64,000 bases of DNA from an uncultured Lentimicrobiaceae bacterium. Its GTDB lineage: Bacteria > Bacteroidota > Bacteroidia > Bacteroidales > 4484-276. The position numbers were made by a program, and so were the translations under genes. The stretch is from NCBI GenBank assembly GCA_964523795.1, contig CAZGAO010000009.1, positions 25,929 to 89,928 on the forward strand. Reading direction: 5' to 3'. This document shows, in pieces, positions 1 through 10,720 of this stretch; the first letter of the stretch is position 1, and each line of letters opens with the position of its first letter. The notes beneath the pieces are model-generated. The model ran no database searches and was not told where the DNA came from. It saw nothing but the letters and a program-made list of their open reading frames with translations.

Positions 1-3000
1 CGCTCGCCCAGGAGCATAATGCCTCCTTTCGCGCCGGAATGAAAACGTTGGATGGCTTTTTCGAACTGTGCTTCCTCTACGTCCCTGTCAATCCAAAAAT
101 CATCCACAATACTCGATCGTCCGCTAAAAAGGTTTTTGTAATAATAGGGCAGGGCTTTTAAAACTTCTTTGCCCGGGACCACCTTTTCAAGCAAATCAAG
201 AATCTTTTCATTATTGGAAGATTGACTGCTGAACGAAATCAACTGCCTCGCCATCAGCATGCCCTCTGTACGTGAATATAACAGCCTGGCCGATTTGCGT
301 TTAAAAAAGTTGCGAAGGTAATTATAGGATAGGTTAAAAGTGGTTTTTACAATTTCACTCTGGCTGTCGATACTAAAACCCGAGTATTCTTCCACGCTGT
401 CTTTGATGCGGTACGACGACAAAGTGTCGAAGGTTTCTTCGAGAATTCTATTCAGGTCGGGTATTAATTTGCGCTTTAGCTCTACAATAATTGCTTCCTG
501 CCTTGATAGTTTTATTAGCGTTTCTTTTTTTATTAATTCAATAGCTTTTTGTTTGTCCTCTGTCTCAGTACTCGTATTTTCGAGATTGAAGCGCGTGAGG
601 CTAAGCAGGTCGTTTAAAATATAAATATTGCCTTTCAGCGATTCCACAGCTTTGCCCAGCGAATCACTTATCGAACTCACCATACGGGTTTCAAGCACGT
701 ATCCGGTTATTTTTCGAATCGGTAGCGTAAATACTTCTGCCTTATTTTCCTTGCCTGTCTTACTCACTATTTCGGTTTTCTCTTCAAGGGTAAGGGTTTC
801 GGGCAGCTCATGTTCCAGTTTACGAAATTCGGTGGTTGCAGTTTCAAATTGATCAATAAAATGAAAATACTCACCGGTAGCTGCTATCGAAAGTTTTAAT
901 TCATTTACGCCGGTAAGGCTTTCATCAATTGTGTTAAGCTTATTCTTGACGGCAGATAGTTTCTTTAACAATCCGGTTTCTATATCCTGAATAATTACGG
1001 TTTCTACCTCGTTGAGTTTATCGTTGATTCGGTTTTTATAGGCTTGCATCAACACATCCAGATATATTTTATTAAAGTAATTGGAGGTATCGTTAAACCA
1101 CGACTCCGCAAAAGTATTAATTTTTGCATGGATAGATTTATCATACTTTCTACTATTGCGTCTTTTGGAGACGATATTGTTAACATCAATTTGATTAAGG
1201 TCGTTGAGCATGGCCTGCAGATTCTGTCTGTACTCCAAAAATAACCTGTTGCGGTATTGCTTTTCGAGTGTTAATAATTCCGTTTCAATTCCGTAAACCT
1301 CGTCAAGAATCGCATGCTCGAAAGCCTCTATACTTTTTAAGTCAAGCTCCTTAATCTTTGCTTTTTTCCCAAGTAATTCCATGTGTTCCTCGATGCGAAG
1401 AATCAAGGGGCGCAATTGTGAATAAATAGCTTCCAGCTCACTTGAAAATTTTTCGAATAGCTCATTGAGGAAATATAATCTTGTACTTTTCAGGTAATAG
1501 GCTGCCACATTTTTGTACCTAATCTTAACAGGTATTGTAGTTTTTGAAAAGGGGTGAGCTATTTTTTTCCAGGATTTATAAAACCTTTCTATTGGCTTGT
1601 CAGATTTTTGAATTTTAAAATAATCTTTGTCAATGTGTACCGTAAGATAATTCGGAAAAACTAATACTTGCCGGTCAATTTTATTTAAGTACCAGCCAAT
1701 CCCTTCTTCAAGTGCCGTTTTTTGAACAATAAGCCTTTCGTGAATCAATTTTTCGAGGGACCGTTTTGCATGAAAGTAAAAATCATTTTTGGTTTTTACC
1801 AATGCCCTTTTAATGCGGTATGAATCGTTGTACCTGATAACCCTGTTTAGGTTTTCGGAAATATTACCTACCAGGGGTTTGAATTCATCAAAGAAACTCA
1901 CACTTTCATCGTAAGAGGGTAAAAATGTTTTTGTGAAAAACGAATCAAGTACCATTTGGTCGTTGGCTTCAGTCTTCAATATGTCATCGTTTATCGATTG
2001 ATGGCGTGTAAGCTTCAATGGTGGCAACTCCACTGGGGATTCGAGGTCGACAAAGGATTCCTTTTTTACAGATTCAAAGCCCAGGTTATTTTCCTCGAAT
2101 TGTGAACCGGCCTGAACGAGCATTATTGAACCCAGGCTTTGCTTGAGCGTAGTTATTTCATTATAAAAATCCTCAAACTGCTTGTGCTGCATATTCGAAA
2201 AGCCCAAAATGGTCAAGTCGGTTTCAGCAGATTCATTTTTGATGATGTCAGTCCAGGCATAAGCATCGGTACTGTTGTTGATTACCTTTACCTCCATATT
2301 TGCCCTGTAGCCTTCCACTATTTCGCTAAGGGTTTTATGCGCTTTCTCTATTAAAGATTTATGATCTATCGAGATAAGTAACCTTACTTTTGCGTCCTTC
2401 CATTCGCCCGAGGAGGTAAAGTGGCGTATTATGGTGATGGCAAAGGCCAGGTTTCGGCCACTACCTTTCCACCAGATATCGATGGTTTTAAAGTTTCCGT
2501 AAGCACGTTTTGTATCATAATTTAAGAATACAGAGCTCAGGTCGTTTTTTTCAAGTATCCTAACTAACTTTTCAAATTGTCCCCTTCGTTCTTTCTTCTT
2601 GCTCCAACCCATCAACACCATGTTGGGCTCTATACCGGTGAAACCATAAACCCTCACAATTTCATCCATCCCTGAATAAATATCCAGACAAGCATGTTTA
2701 TTAAATGTCAATTCCCGATGATTGACTACACGCTTTATCCTTCGATGTTCCTTTATGGCATCCTCATTACTTATCACCTCCAGTTCAAATCCGGTGATCA
2801 TTCCAAGTGTTCCGGCCAGCGAATTTCCAAGGCTTATGATTTGCGGGCGTTCGTCTTCACTACCCGAAAACATCATGATATTAGGCCTCCAGTTACGGTT
2901 TTGAAGCTGGCTCTTACTCAATCTTTTAATACCACTTTTTACCAACGATGCCCATACACTGCTCCAGGCATCGCCACCCTCAAGCGAAAGCTGCCGTTGT

Positions 3001-4232
3001 TTCAGGAACAAAAACAACAATCCCAAAATAACGATGGCACCTAAAAGTGCAATCAAATCAAGCTGAATCATCACCAGGATACAAGCGGCAGCACCAATAA
3101 GGCTTACCCACACCGGTGTTTTAAACGAAGGTCTGAAATCGGCACTTGTGGCTGCCTCAAAGGCTGCACTCAAATTTAAAAACCCGTAAGTGGTAATAAA
3201 AAATATGGAAACGATACGTGCGATAACATCCAAATCGCCAATTAAAATACCGGCCTCGGCAATCAAAAAGGTGAGTAGGAGGGCGTTGCGGGGTTCGTTG
3301 TTAGCACCGGCACCTTTTGCAAAAAATTTGGGAGATATTTTGTCGGTGGCTGTGGCCTGAAGAATACGTGGTGCCGCCAGAATACTTCCCAGAGCCGATG
3401 ATAAGGTAGCTCCCCAGATGCCGGCAATAACCAGTTGAGGAACACGTGAAATTTTAAGCAAAACAGCCGAATCGTTAGCCAATACATTGGCATCGACAGT
3501 ATTGTTTAAGAAAAAAATTACAATAATGTAAACCACCAAACCAAGAGCAATGGCCGCGATGGTGCCTCTGGGAATCGACTTCTTTGGATCCTTTAAATCC
3601 CCCGACATGGACACACCCGCCTCAAAACCGGTAACCGCCGGAAAAAATATCCCAAACAAAACCATTATGGGAACAGCCGTGCCATTGCTTATTATTTCGG
3701 GTACTTTAGGTGCAAACTCGTGATTGCCAAAAAATATGGAGAGCAGCGACAGAAAGATGGCAGCCATAATCAGGTATTGGGTCTTGATGGCCAAGGATGT
3801 ACTGATTAAGGTTATAATGGTAACCGTAAGCAATATGATGGATCCGGCAATCCTGATATTATCAATACTGTTGTCAAGACCCCAGTAATCCAGAAAACTT
3901 TCGGAAAAACCAATAAGGTAAAGACTTACGCTGAACGAAAGCCCCACAAAAAGTGCCAGGCCGAGAGTGCCACCAATGGGCAGCCCCAGGCTTCGTGAAA
4001 TGATGTAATAGGTGCCGCCGGCTTTAACTTTTTTGTCGGTGGCGATGGATGAAACACTCAGTCCGGTGGAAATGGATATTATGTGCGCTATCAAAACAAT
4101 GCCGAGGGTAGCCCACAAGCCCGCCGTACCGAGAATCATCGGCAGGCGCATGTACATTATTACCCCAAGAATGGTGAGGATTGAAGGTGTAAACACCCCG
4201 CCAAAAGCTCCAAACTTATTTGATTTGGCCAT
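1..4232 (-). CDS. Partial (3' end beyond window start) very large membrane protein, at least 1410 aa. N-terminal APC/SLC12 cation-chloride-cotransporter-like permease with SLC12-type cytosolic domain, fused to a long coiled-coil C-terminal extension
   Basis: No ORF of 117 aa or more exists on either strand across 1-4240, consistent with one edge-truncated ORF; a by-eye minus-strand read from ATG (rc of cat at 4230-4232) meets no stop. The by-eye translation MAKSNKFGAFGGVFTPSILTILGVIMYMRLPMILGTAGLW... shows about 12 TM helices typical of AA_permease/SLC12, then long K/E-rich heptad-like sequence. The ORF track omits it because it runs off the window edge. Confidence 0.55.
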   Translation of the reverse strand, partial: MAKSNKFGAFGGVFTPSILTILGVIMYMRLPMILGTAGLWATLGIVLIAHIISISTGLSVSSIATDKKVKAGGTYYIISRSLGLPIGGTLGLALFVGLSFSVSLYLIGFSESFLDYWGLDNSIDNIRIAGSIILLTVTIITLISTSLAIKTQYLIMAAIFLSLLSIFFGNHEFAPKVPEIISNGTAVPIMVLFGIFFPAVTGFEAGVSMSGDLKDPKKSIPRGTIAAIALGLVVYIIVIFFLNNTVDANVLANDSAVLLKISRVPQLVIAGIWGATLSSALGSILAAPRILQATATDKISPKFFAKGAGANNEPRNALLLTFLIAEAGILIGDLDVIARIVSIFFITTYGFLNLSAAFEAATSADFRPSFKTPVWVSLIGAAACILVMIQLDLIALLGAIVILGLLFLFLKQRQLSLEGGDAWSSVWASLVKSGIKRLSKSQLQNRNWRPNIMMFSGSEDERPQIISLGNSLAGTLGMITGFELEVISNEDAIKEHRRIKRVVNHRELTFNKHACLDIYSGMDEIVRVYGFTGIEPNMVLMGWSKKKERRGQFEKLVRILEKNDLSSVFLNYDTKRAYGNFKTIDIWWKGSGRNLAFAITIIRHFTSSGEWKDAKVRLLISIDHKSLIEKAHKTLSEIVEGYRANMEVKVINNSTDAYAWTDIIKNESAETDLTILGFSNMQHKQFEDFYNEITTLKQSLGSIMLVQAGSQFEENNLGFESVKKESFVDLESPVELPPLKLTRHQSINDDILKTEANDQMVLDSFFTKTFLPSYDESVSFFDEFKPLVGNISENLNRVIRYNDSYRIKRALVKTKNDFYFHAKRSLEKLIHERLIVQKTALEEGIGWYLNKIDRQVLVFPNYLTVHIDKDYFKIQKSDKPIERFYKSWKKIAHPFSKTTIPVKIRYKNVAAYYLKSTRLYFLNELFEKFSSELEAIYSQLRPLILRIEEHMELLGKKAKIKELDLKSIEAFEHAILDEVYGIETELLTLEKQYRNRLFLEYRQNLQAMLNDLNQIDVNNIVSKRRNSRKYDKSIHAKINTFAESWFNDTSNYFNKIYLDVLMQAYKNRINDKLNEVETVIIQDIETGLLKKLSAVKNKLNTIDESLTGVNELKLSIAATGEYFHFIDQFETATTEFRKLEHELPETLTLEEKTEIVSKTGKENKAEVFTLPIRKITGYVLETRMVSSISDSLGKAVESLKGNIYILNDLLSLTRFNLENTSTETEDKQKAIELIKKETLIKLSRQEAIIVELKRKLIPDLNRILEETFDTLSSYRIKDSVEEYSGFSIDSQSEIVKTTFNLSYNYLRNFFKRKSARLLYSRTEGMLMARQLISFSSQSSNNEKILDLLEKVVPGKEVLKALPYYYKNLFSGRSSIVDDFWIDRDVEEAQFEKAIQRFHSGAKGGIMLLGE

Positions 4233-4548
4233 GAATTAGTAAATTAAAGATTGTAATCTCCACATTATTCTGCGATAATTATAATTTCAATATTTTTCAC
4301 AAATGTAAGTTGTTTATGATACGATGAAACAATCGGGCAAGTAAAAAATATAAAATCTACAGGTACTAAAATTAAAACTAAATTCCGCCATTTATTATAA
4401 GTCTGTTCAAATAGGGAAAACCCACTTTCACCAGCTCAAAAGCCTGTTTCGTCATCAAATATGGCCATTTGGTCATGCTTGGGTCGTAAAATTGAGGAAA
4501 GTGGTTTATCTTTGGAAACAGTTTTTTTAAAAAAAAAATACAAACATT

Positions 4549-7119
4549 ATGAAAACTAAAACACTGATCACCATTTTAATTATTCTGTTTGTTTATCTCA
4601 GCACAATGGCTCAAGTCCCTACTCAGGGTTTGGTGGCCTATTATCCATTCAGCGGAAATGGAAATGATGCGAGCGGGAATGGCTATGATGCTTCAGTGGT
4701 AGGAGCAACTTTATGTACCGATAGGTTTGGCAATCAAAATAGGGCCTATCTCCTGGATGGCAACAACGATTACATCCATCTGCCAAGCCCAAATGTTGGG
4801 CAACTGGATGGAAAAGCTACCTGGGCATGTTGGTTTAAAACGCCGCCCTTGCCTGATAATGATGGAGAATACGAGCAAATTTTTGATATTTTCCATGCCG
4901 GAGGTACGCACATCGATTCGGGTTATGTGGTGGGCGGCATGGAAATAGGTGTTGGCGACAGAAGGTTTGTTTACGACAACACACAAAGTTACAATAATGA
5001 CCAATGGCATCTTATTGTTTTATCGTATGATGACCAATACCTTAGACTCTATATGGATGGGCAATTAAAAGATTCGGAATTTGATGGCAATGGACAAATC
5101 GATTACAATGGAACACTCGGCATATATTTAGGAAAAGGTGGATTTAACGTGCATTATTACGATGGGATGTTTGATGATTTCCGCATTTACGATCGCGCCC
5201 TGACCAATGATGAAGTTTTGGCTTTATACAATGAAAGTAATCCGGGACAAACAAATTTCACTGTTACCTTTAATGTTGATATGACCGAAGCTTATGATTT
5301 TAACCCGGAAACGGATGATGTGTATATTGCTGGGAATTTTGCCGATTGGCAGGAGCCTGGCACCAATCCCGATTTGGTATTTTCACCTTCGGCAACCGGC
5401 TCGCTTATTTATACCCTTACCTTCGACAGCATTCCTACGGGGGCAATTGAATACAAGTATTTTATCGTTCATGATAATATTCCAAGCTGGGAATATGGAG
5501 AGTGGGGTGGCGACCCAAACCGCTTTGTATATATTTCCGATAACATTACTTTTGATGACATCTGGGCTGTGATTGTTCCGCCGGAGATAGAAATGATTGC
5601 TGATTTTGAAAACGGCAGCTCGCTTGACATCGATGAGGTTATAGGCTGTGGAAACTGGAACAATCTTCCCATATCAGAAACCTTTTTCACGGTTATAAAT
5701 CCCAAGCCTACCGGAATTAACACCAGCAATACCGTATTGAAATTTTTGAGACGCGGGACTGATGAAGGCGGCACTACCGCAGCAGGATTTATAGCATGGC
5801 ACAACCTTAATGTTGATGATTATGATTTTCTACACATCATGGTTATGAAACCTAAAATAAGTCCATTGAAAATTATATCACATTTCTGGTCAGGACTATT
5901 TTATGAAGCTTATAATCTAAACCAACAAAATGAAATAGATTCGTGGGTGGATATTGTATTTGACCTGCGCAGCTTCGAAGAAGAACTCCTACAATTTGAT
6001 TTTATGCCCGACTATGAAGACCCGCTAAATTCCACTGGACTGGTCGAAATTTATATCGACAACATCAGGCTCAGCAACGACTCTGTGCCCATGTTTGGTA
6101 TAGCAAGCAACTTTTTCGCCGATGCCACCGATATTTGCGAAGCTTCCAACATTACTTTTGTACCCGACACCACCAACGCTTATGTTGATAGTGTGCTGTG
6201 GTTGTTTCCGGGGGGCAGCCCTTCTTCATCCACCGAAACAATAGCTGTGGTGCAATACAACACCCCGGGAATTTATGATGTTACCATGACCGCCTACTGG
6301 AATAGCCAAACAAATACTATCCAAAAGTCAGCCTATGTTAATGTAGCTCCAAACCCTGAAATACCTGAAAAACCCTTCGGAGAGGAAATGGTATGTTTCG
6401 ATATTTCACCTTCGGCATACACCACCAACTCCGAAAATGTAATTTGGGAATTAGAGCCTGCCTCCGCCGGAACAATGAATTATTACGACAGTACTTGTGC
6501 AATTATCTGGAATGATAACTTTGCCGGTGAAGCCATGCTCAAAGCAAAGTCATTCAATATTTGTGGGGAAAGTGAATTTTCGGAAGCACTTGTCATAGAA
6601 AAACTGGAAGCCATCCTTCCTGATTTTTCGGCTACTCCCGTCCTGCTCGTTGCTCAACCTTACGATGTTGCCTTTGCCAATCTCACGCCCAATCCCGAAC
6701 TTTACGATTTCGTGTGGTACTTCGGCAACGGGGATTCATCCCAAATAATTAATCCTGATTATACCTATCCCGAAAGCGGCACTTACACGATAAGTCTTAA
6801 AGCCACCGAAAAAACCACGGGATGCAAAGGAACCATCATTTTGGAAAATTACATTTTTTGTTCAGGAACAGGAATTGGTGATATTGAGGATACCGGATTT
6901 AAATATTTTGTGGACAGGAATAAAAATTCTCTTGAGCTGATTTTTGATAATACGCCCGATAATTTACATTTCAGTTTATTCGACATGCTTGGCTTTGAGC
7001 ATAGGACAAAAAGCTTGGTTCAAAAAAGTACCTCAATCTCATTGGATGGATTTGCCAGTGGAATGTATGTTTTTGTGATCAATGGGAAAATAACCGGTAA
7101 GGTGATACTTTTGAGATAA
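4549..7119 (+). CDS. T9SS-secreted multidomain protein: signal peptide, LamG/ConA-like lectin domain, CBM-like beta-sandwiches, PKD domain, Por_Secre_tail C-terminal sorting domain
   Basis: N-terminal signal peptide MKTKTLITILIILFVYLSTMAQ; LamG-like stretch DGNNDYIHL...WHLIVLSYDDQYLRLYMDGQL; PKD-like PGIYDVTMTAYW; C-terminal about 80 aa (LELIFDNTPDNLHF...MYVFVINGKITGKVILLR) has the T9SS CTD pattern. Confidence 0.7.
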   Translation: MKTKTLITILIILFVYLSTMAQVPTQGLVAYYPFSGNGNDASGNGYDASVVGATLCTDRFGNQNRAYLLDGNNDYIHLPSPNVGQLDGKATWACWFKTPPLPDNDGEYEQIFDIFHAGGTHIDSGYVVGGMEIGVGDRRFVYDNTQSYNNDQWHLIVLSYDDQYLRLYMDGQLKDSEFDGNGQIDYNGTLGIYLGKGGFNVHYYDGMFDDFRIYDRALTNDEVLALYNESNPGQTNFTVTFNVDMTEAYDFNPETDDVYIAGNFADWQEPGTNPDLVFSPSATGSLIYTLTFDSIPTGAIEYKYFIVHDNIPSWEYGEWGGDPNRFVYISDNITFDDIWAVIVPPEIEMIADFENGSSLDIDEVIGCGNWNNLPISETFFTVINPKPTGINTSNTVLKFLRRGTDEGGTTAAGFIAWHNLNVDDYDFLHIMVMKPKISPLKIISHFWSGLFYEAYNLNQQNEIDSWVDIVFDLRSFEEELLQFDFMPDYEDPLNSTGLVEIYIDNIRLSNDSVPMFGIASNFFADATDICEASNITFVPDTTNAYVDSVLWLFPGGSPSSSTETIAVVQYNTPGIYDVTMTAYWNSQTNTIQKSAYVNVAPNPEIPEKPFGEEMVCFDISPSAYTTNSENVIWELEPASAGTMNYYDSTCAIIWNDNFAGEAMLKAKSFNICGESEFSEALVIEKLEAILPDFSATPVLLVAQPYDVAFANLTPNPELYDFVWYFGNGDSSQIINPDYTYPESGTYTISLKATEKTTGCKGTIILENYIFCSGTGIGDIEDTGFKYFVDRNKNSLELIFDNTPDNLHFSLFDMLGFEHRTKSLVQKSTSISLDGFASGMYVFVINGKITGKVILLR

Positions 7120-7183
7120 ATACCTATTTTTGCTAATCGTCATTTGAAATTTTTAAAAACTAACAAATTAAAAATAAAAAATT

Positions 7184-10100
7184 ATGAAAAACCCAATCCT
7201 TTTATTGAGCTTATTTTTCACTGTGCTAATTATGAATGCACAAACCATCGAAAACTTTGAAAGCATTAAAATGAACATTTTTAGTGCTGGAACCAATGGT
7301 ACGATAAGCGTGGTTGCCAACCCTGATACTGCCGGAAACCCAAGTATGTATGTCGGTAGAATGGTTCGCGGCTTCGATGGCGACCCCTGGGCAGGCTGGT
7401 ATGCAACTTTGCCAACAGCTATTGACCTTACAGCAAACCCTTACGTCCATATAAAAGTATGGAAACCCCGCATTAGTCCGGTCGTCTTTAAAGTTGAAGA
7501 AGCCGCAGGAAATTCTGGTGATGTGTTTCCAATGAATCCACAAGCATTGACGGGACAATGGGAAGAATTAGTGTTCGACATGAGTACTTCACCCGCTACC
7601 GGTGAGTATGTAAAAATCGTTCTGATTCCCGATTTCGAAGACCCTTTGACACTTACCGAAGACATTACACTTTATTTTGATGATTTTTATGTAAATGATG
7701 ATCCCACGCTTGGAAGTGCCCCTGTTCAGCAAATGGAAAATTTTGAAACCATCCCGCTCAATTACATGCTTGGCGGCGAAGACGATGATAGCTACATGGA
7801 GCTGATACCAAACCCCGATAAAACAGGAGTTAACCTCAGCCCTTATGTTTGCCATTTCTTCCGTGATATGGATGGTGTTCCATGGGGTGGTTTCTGGTCG
7901 AATTTACCTGCGGAAATTGATGTTACTGAAAATAAGTATGTACACGTAAAAGTTTGGAAGCCCCGCATCAGCCCGATTAAATTCAAAATTGAAGGGGGTG
8001 CAGCAGGCAATATCGAAATCGAAAGTATGTATCCCCAAACCTTAATTAATGAGTGGGAAGATATGGTTTTCGACTTCAGCGAAAAAACCGGCACTTATCC
8101 AATCATTGCGTTCCTGCCCGACTTTGCCGACCCGGTTGGCTTAACCGAAGATATTGATATTTATTTTGATGATATCATCCTGAACAACGACCCGAATCCC
8201 ATCAATCCTCCTTCACAAAAAATTAGTGTTGACATGACCGAATCGGGAATTCTGCCGGGTGAGCCTGTTTGGATTTCCGGCAGTTTGGGCGGGATTCATG
8301 GTATCTGGGAAGAACCGGGAACAAACCCGAATAATGAAATGACAGATATAGATGGCGATGGCATTTATTCCATTACTATGACATTGCCCGAAGGCACGGT
8401 CGTTTTCAAGTTTTTTTTGGACATAGGCTGGTATAATGGCGACCCTAGTCCCGGTGGCGACCGCACACTCACCATCACAAACACAATGGACGTTCTTTAT
8501 AAATGGGGACTTGAAGGAATTATTGAACCCCCGGGATCATCAACTATTGAATGGACAGTAAATATGGCCTACCAGATTGCCGAAGGCAATTTTATCGCAG
8601 GCACGGATTATTTAGATCTAGCCGGTACATTCAACGGCTGGGATGGAACAAACCATCATTTGGAAGCCCTCGGCAATGGTTTGTACAGGATTACGGTTAA
8701 CGACTTTACGCTTGGCGAAACCATCGAATATAAATTCCGTATTAATGGCGACTGGGCTACTGCGGAATTTCCTGATGGTGGGCCAAACCGAACCTATACC
8801 CTTGCCGAAGGGCTTAATACTGTTTATGTTTGGTACAACGATGAACAACTGCCGGGGACACCAACCGATTTGTTCTTCTCTGAATATTGCGAAGGCACCG
8901 GCAACAACAAAGGGGTTGAGATTTATAATCCAACATACCAAACCATCGACCTGAACGAATATTGGGTGCTAAGGTATAGCAATGGAGATCAACTTTTTAC
9001 AACTGGTGGCGCAACGCATCTGCAAGGTGTAATAGAGCCTTTCGATACTTTTGTTTTGGTAAACGGGCAAACAGAAAGCACTGGTACTTCTCCGGCTTGT
9101 GATCCGGAAATGCAAGCATTGGCCGACCAGTTGGACGGCGAATATCCCGCGCCCATGTATATGAACGGCAACGATGCCATTGCCCTGGTTAAAACACCAA
9201 ACGGCGAAACGCCCACCCAATATAATATAATACCCGTTGACCTTATTGGAGAAATTGGCTTGGGTAGCCAAATTTCCGCTGAAACCGGCTGGTCATACAT
9301 TCAGGATTCAACGCTGTACTATAACAATCCATCCGGAGTGCCGATTTCAGGAAAAGTTATAAATTACATCGTTCAAAAGTATGCCACCAATGGATCAGAT
9401 TTTGGCCCCTTTTGGATGGCCTGGACTGCCGGACACTCATTAATCAGGAAACCTGAAGTAGTCCAGGGAATTGTATCCAACCCCGACCCATTTGTGGTAA
9501 AGCAGCAATGGGATACCCTTCCGGCGCAGTTGGACAGCACGGGGCAATGGACTTATGCAAACATCTGGGATAATTTGGGTACCCATGAATGTGTGGCAGC
9601 TTTAAGGCCTGATTTTTCGGCAAGCGACACTTCGCTATGTGAGAATGAAACAATAAGTTTTGCACTGAACGAAATAGCGCTGTCAGCCGACAGTGTTAGA
9701 TGGGAAATGCCGGGTGGGAATCCTGCTACATCCACAGCTATTAATCCTGAAATAGAGTATCCAATTTTTGGGAGCTATGATGTGAACTTAACCACTTATG
9801 TTGGCAATATCCCGACGCTGGTTAGTAAACAAAATTATATTATGGTATTGCCCGGGCCCGTGGCACCTGATAAACCTGTGGGTGAAAATCTGCTTTGTTT
9901 CGATGAATATTCCTCAAGCTATACTACCAATACCGAAAACGTAATCTGGGAGCTGGAGCCTGCTTTGGCCGGAACAATGAATTTTTACGATAGCACTTGT
10001 GCAATTATCTGGAATAATAGCTTTGCTGGTGAAGCCCTACTCAAAGCAAAGTCATTCAATATTTGTGGGGAAAGCGAATTTTCGGAAGCACTTACCATTG

Positions 10101-10630
10101 AAAAAATGGAGGAAATAATGCCTGATTTTTCGGCTACACCCACGCAGTTTGCTACCCCACCTTACGATGTTGTATTTAGCAATCTCACGCCCAATCCCGA
10201 ACTCTACGATTTTGTATGGTATTTTGGAAACGGGGATTCATCCCAAATAATTAATCCTGATTATACCTACCCCGAAGGAGGAACCTACACGGTAAGTCTT
10301 AAAGCCAGCGAAAAATTTTCCGGATGCACAGGAAGCATCATTTTGGAAAATTACATTTTTTGTTCAGGAACCGGAATCGGCGATATTGAGGATACCGGAT
10401 TTAAATATTTTGTGGACAGGGATAAAAATACGCTGGAGTTAATTTTTGATCAACAGCCCGAGGGTTCTCATTTTCAACTCTGCGACCTTTACGGAAAGAA
10501 ACTTCATACTGCAGCGATTAGTCAAAAGAATTTTACCATGCCTTTAAATGGGCTTTCACAGGGCATGTATCTTTTCGTTGTCGAAAAAAGGGAAGGTGTT
10601 TTTACTGGCAAGATAGTACTTGTCAAATAA
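7184..10630 (+). CDS. T9SS-secreted multidomain protein: two tandem about 150-aa beta-sandwich repeats, CBM-like domains, lamin-tail domain (LTD), PKD, and the same conserved C-terminal module plus T9SS CTD as the upstream gene
   Basis: Signal peptide MKNPILLLSLFFTVLIMNAQ; internal repeat (..YVHIKVWKPRISPVVFKVEE.. / ..YVHVKVWKPRISPIKFKIEG..); LTD motif LFFSEYCEGTGNNKGVEIYNPT...YWVLRYSNGD; the C-terminal 270 aa are nearly identical to the C-terminus of the 4549-7119 protein. Confidence 0.7.
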   Translation: MKNPILLLSLFFTVLIMNAQTIENFESIKMNIFSAGTNGTISVVANPDTAGNPSMYVGRMVRGFDGDPWAGWYATLPTAIDLTANPYVHIKVWKPRISPVVFKVEEAAGNSGDVFPMNPQALTGQWEELVFDMSTSPATGEYVKIVLIPDFEDPLTLTEDITLYFDDFYVNDDPTLGSAPVQQMENFETIPLNYMLGGEDDDSYMELIPNPDKTGVNLSPYVCHFFRDMDGVPWGGFWSNLPAEIDVTENKYVHVKVWKPRISPIKFKIEGGAAGNIEIESMYPQTLINEWEDMVFDFSEKTGTYPIIAFLPDFADPVGLTEDIDIYFDDIILNNDPNPINPPSQKISVDMTESGILPGEPVWISGSLGGIHGIWEEPGTNPNNEMTDIDGDGIYSITMTLPEGTVVFKFFLDIGWYNGDPSPGGDRTLTITNTMDVLYKWGLEGIIEPPGSSTIEWTVNMAYQIAEGNFIAGTDYLDLAGTFNGWDGTNHHLEALGNGLYRITVNDFTLGETIEYKFRINGDWATAEFPDGGPNRTYTLAEGLNTVYVWYNDEQLPGTPTDLFFSEYCEGTGNNKGVEIYNPTYQTIDLNEYWVLRYSNGDQLFTTGGATHLQGVIEPFDTFVLVNGQTESTGTSPACDPEMQALADQLDGEYPAPMYMNGNDAIALVKTPNGETPTQYNIIPVDLIGEIGLGSQISAETGWSYIQDSTLYYNNPSGVPISGKVINYIVQKYATNGSDFGPFWMAWTAGHSLIRKPEVVQGIVSNPDPFVVKQQWDTLPAQLDSTGQWTYANIWDNLGTHECVAALRPDFSASDTSLCENETISFALNEIALSADSVRWEMPGGNPATSTAINPEIEYPIFGSYDVNLTTYVGNIPTLVSKQNYIMVLPGPVAPDKPVGENLLCFDEYSSSYTTNTENVIWELEPALAGTMNFYDSTCAIIWNNSFAGEALLKAKSFNICGESEFSEALTIEKMEEIMPDFSATPTQFATPPYDVVFSNLTPNPELYDFVWYFGNGDSSQIINPDYTYPEGGTYTVSLKASEKFSGCTGSIILENYIFCSGTGIGDIEDTGFKYFVDRDKNTLELIFDQQPEGSHFQLCDLYGKKLHTAAISQKNFTMPLNGLSQGMYLFVVEKREGVFTGKIVLVK

Positions 10631-10720
10631 TAAAAAGAATAATACTTTTGCTCGAATTGATATTTTGTTCAATAAATATTTTTAAAAACCAACATTTTAA
10701 ACTCATTAAATATTAAAGTT

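Noticed and set aside
340-3493. Short ORFs (60-116 aa) on both strands inside 1-4240
   Set aside because: All lie within, or antisense to, the long edge-truncated minus-strand permease/coiled-coil gene; no independent support.
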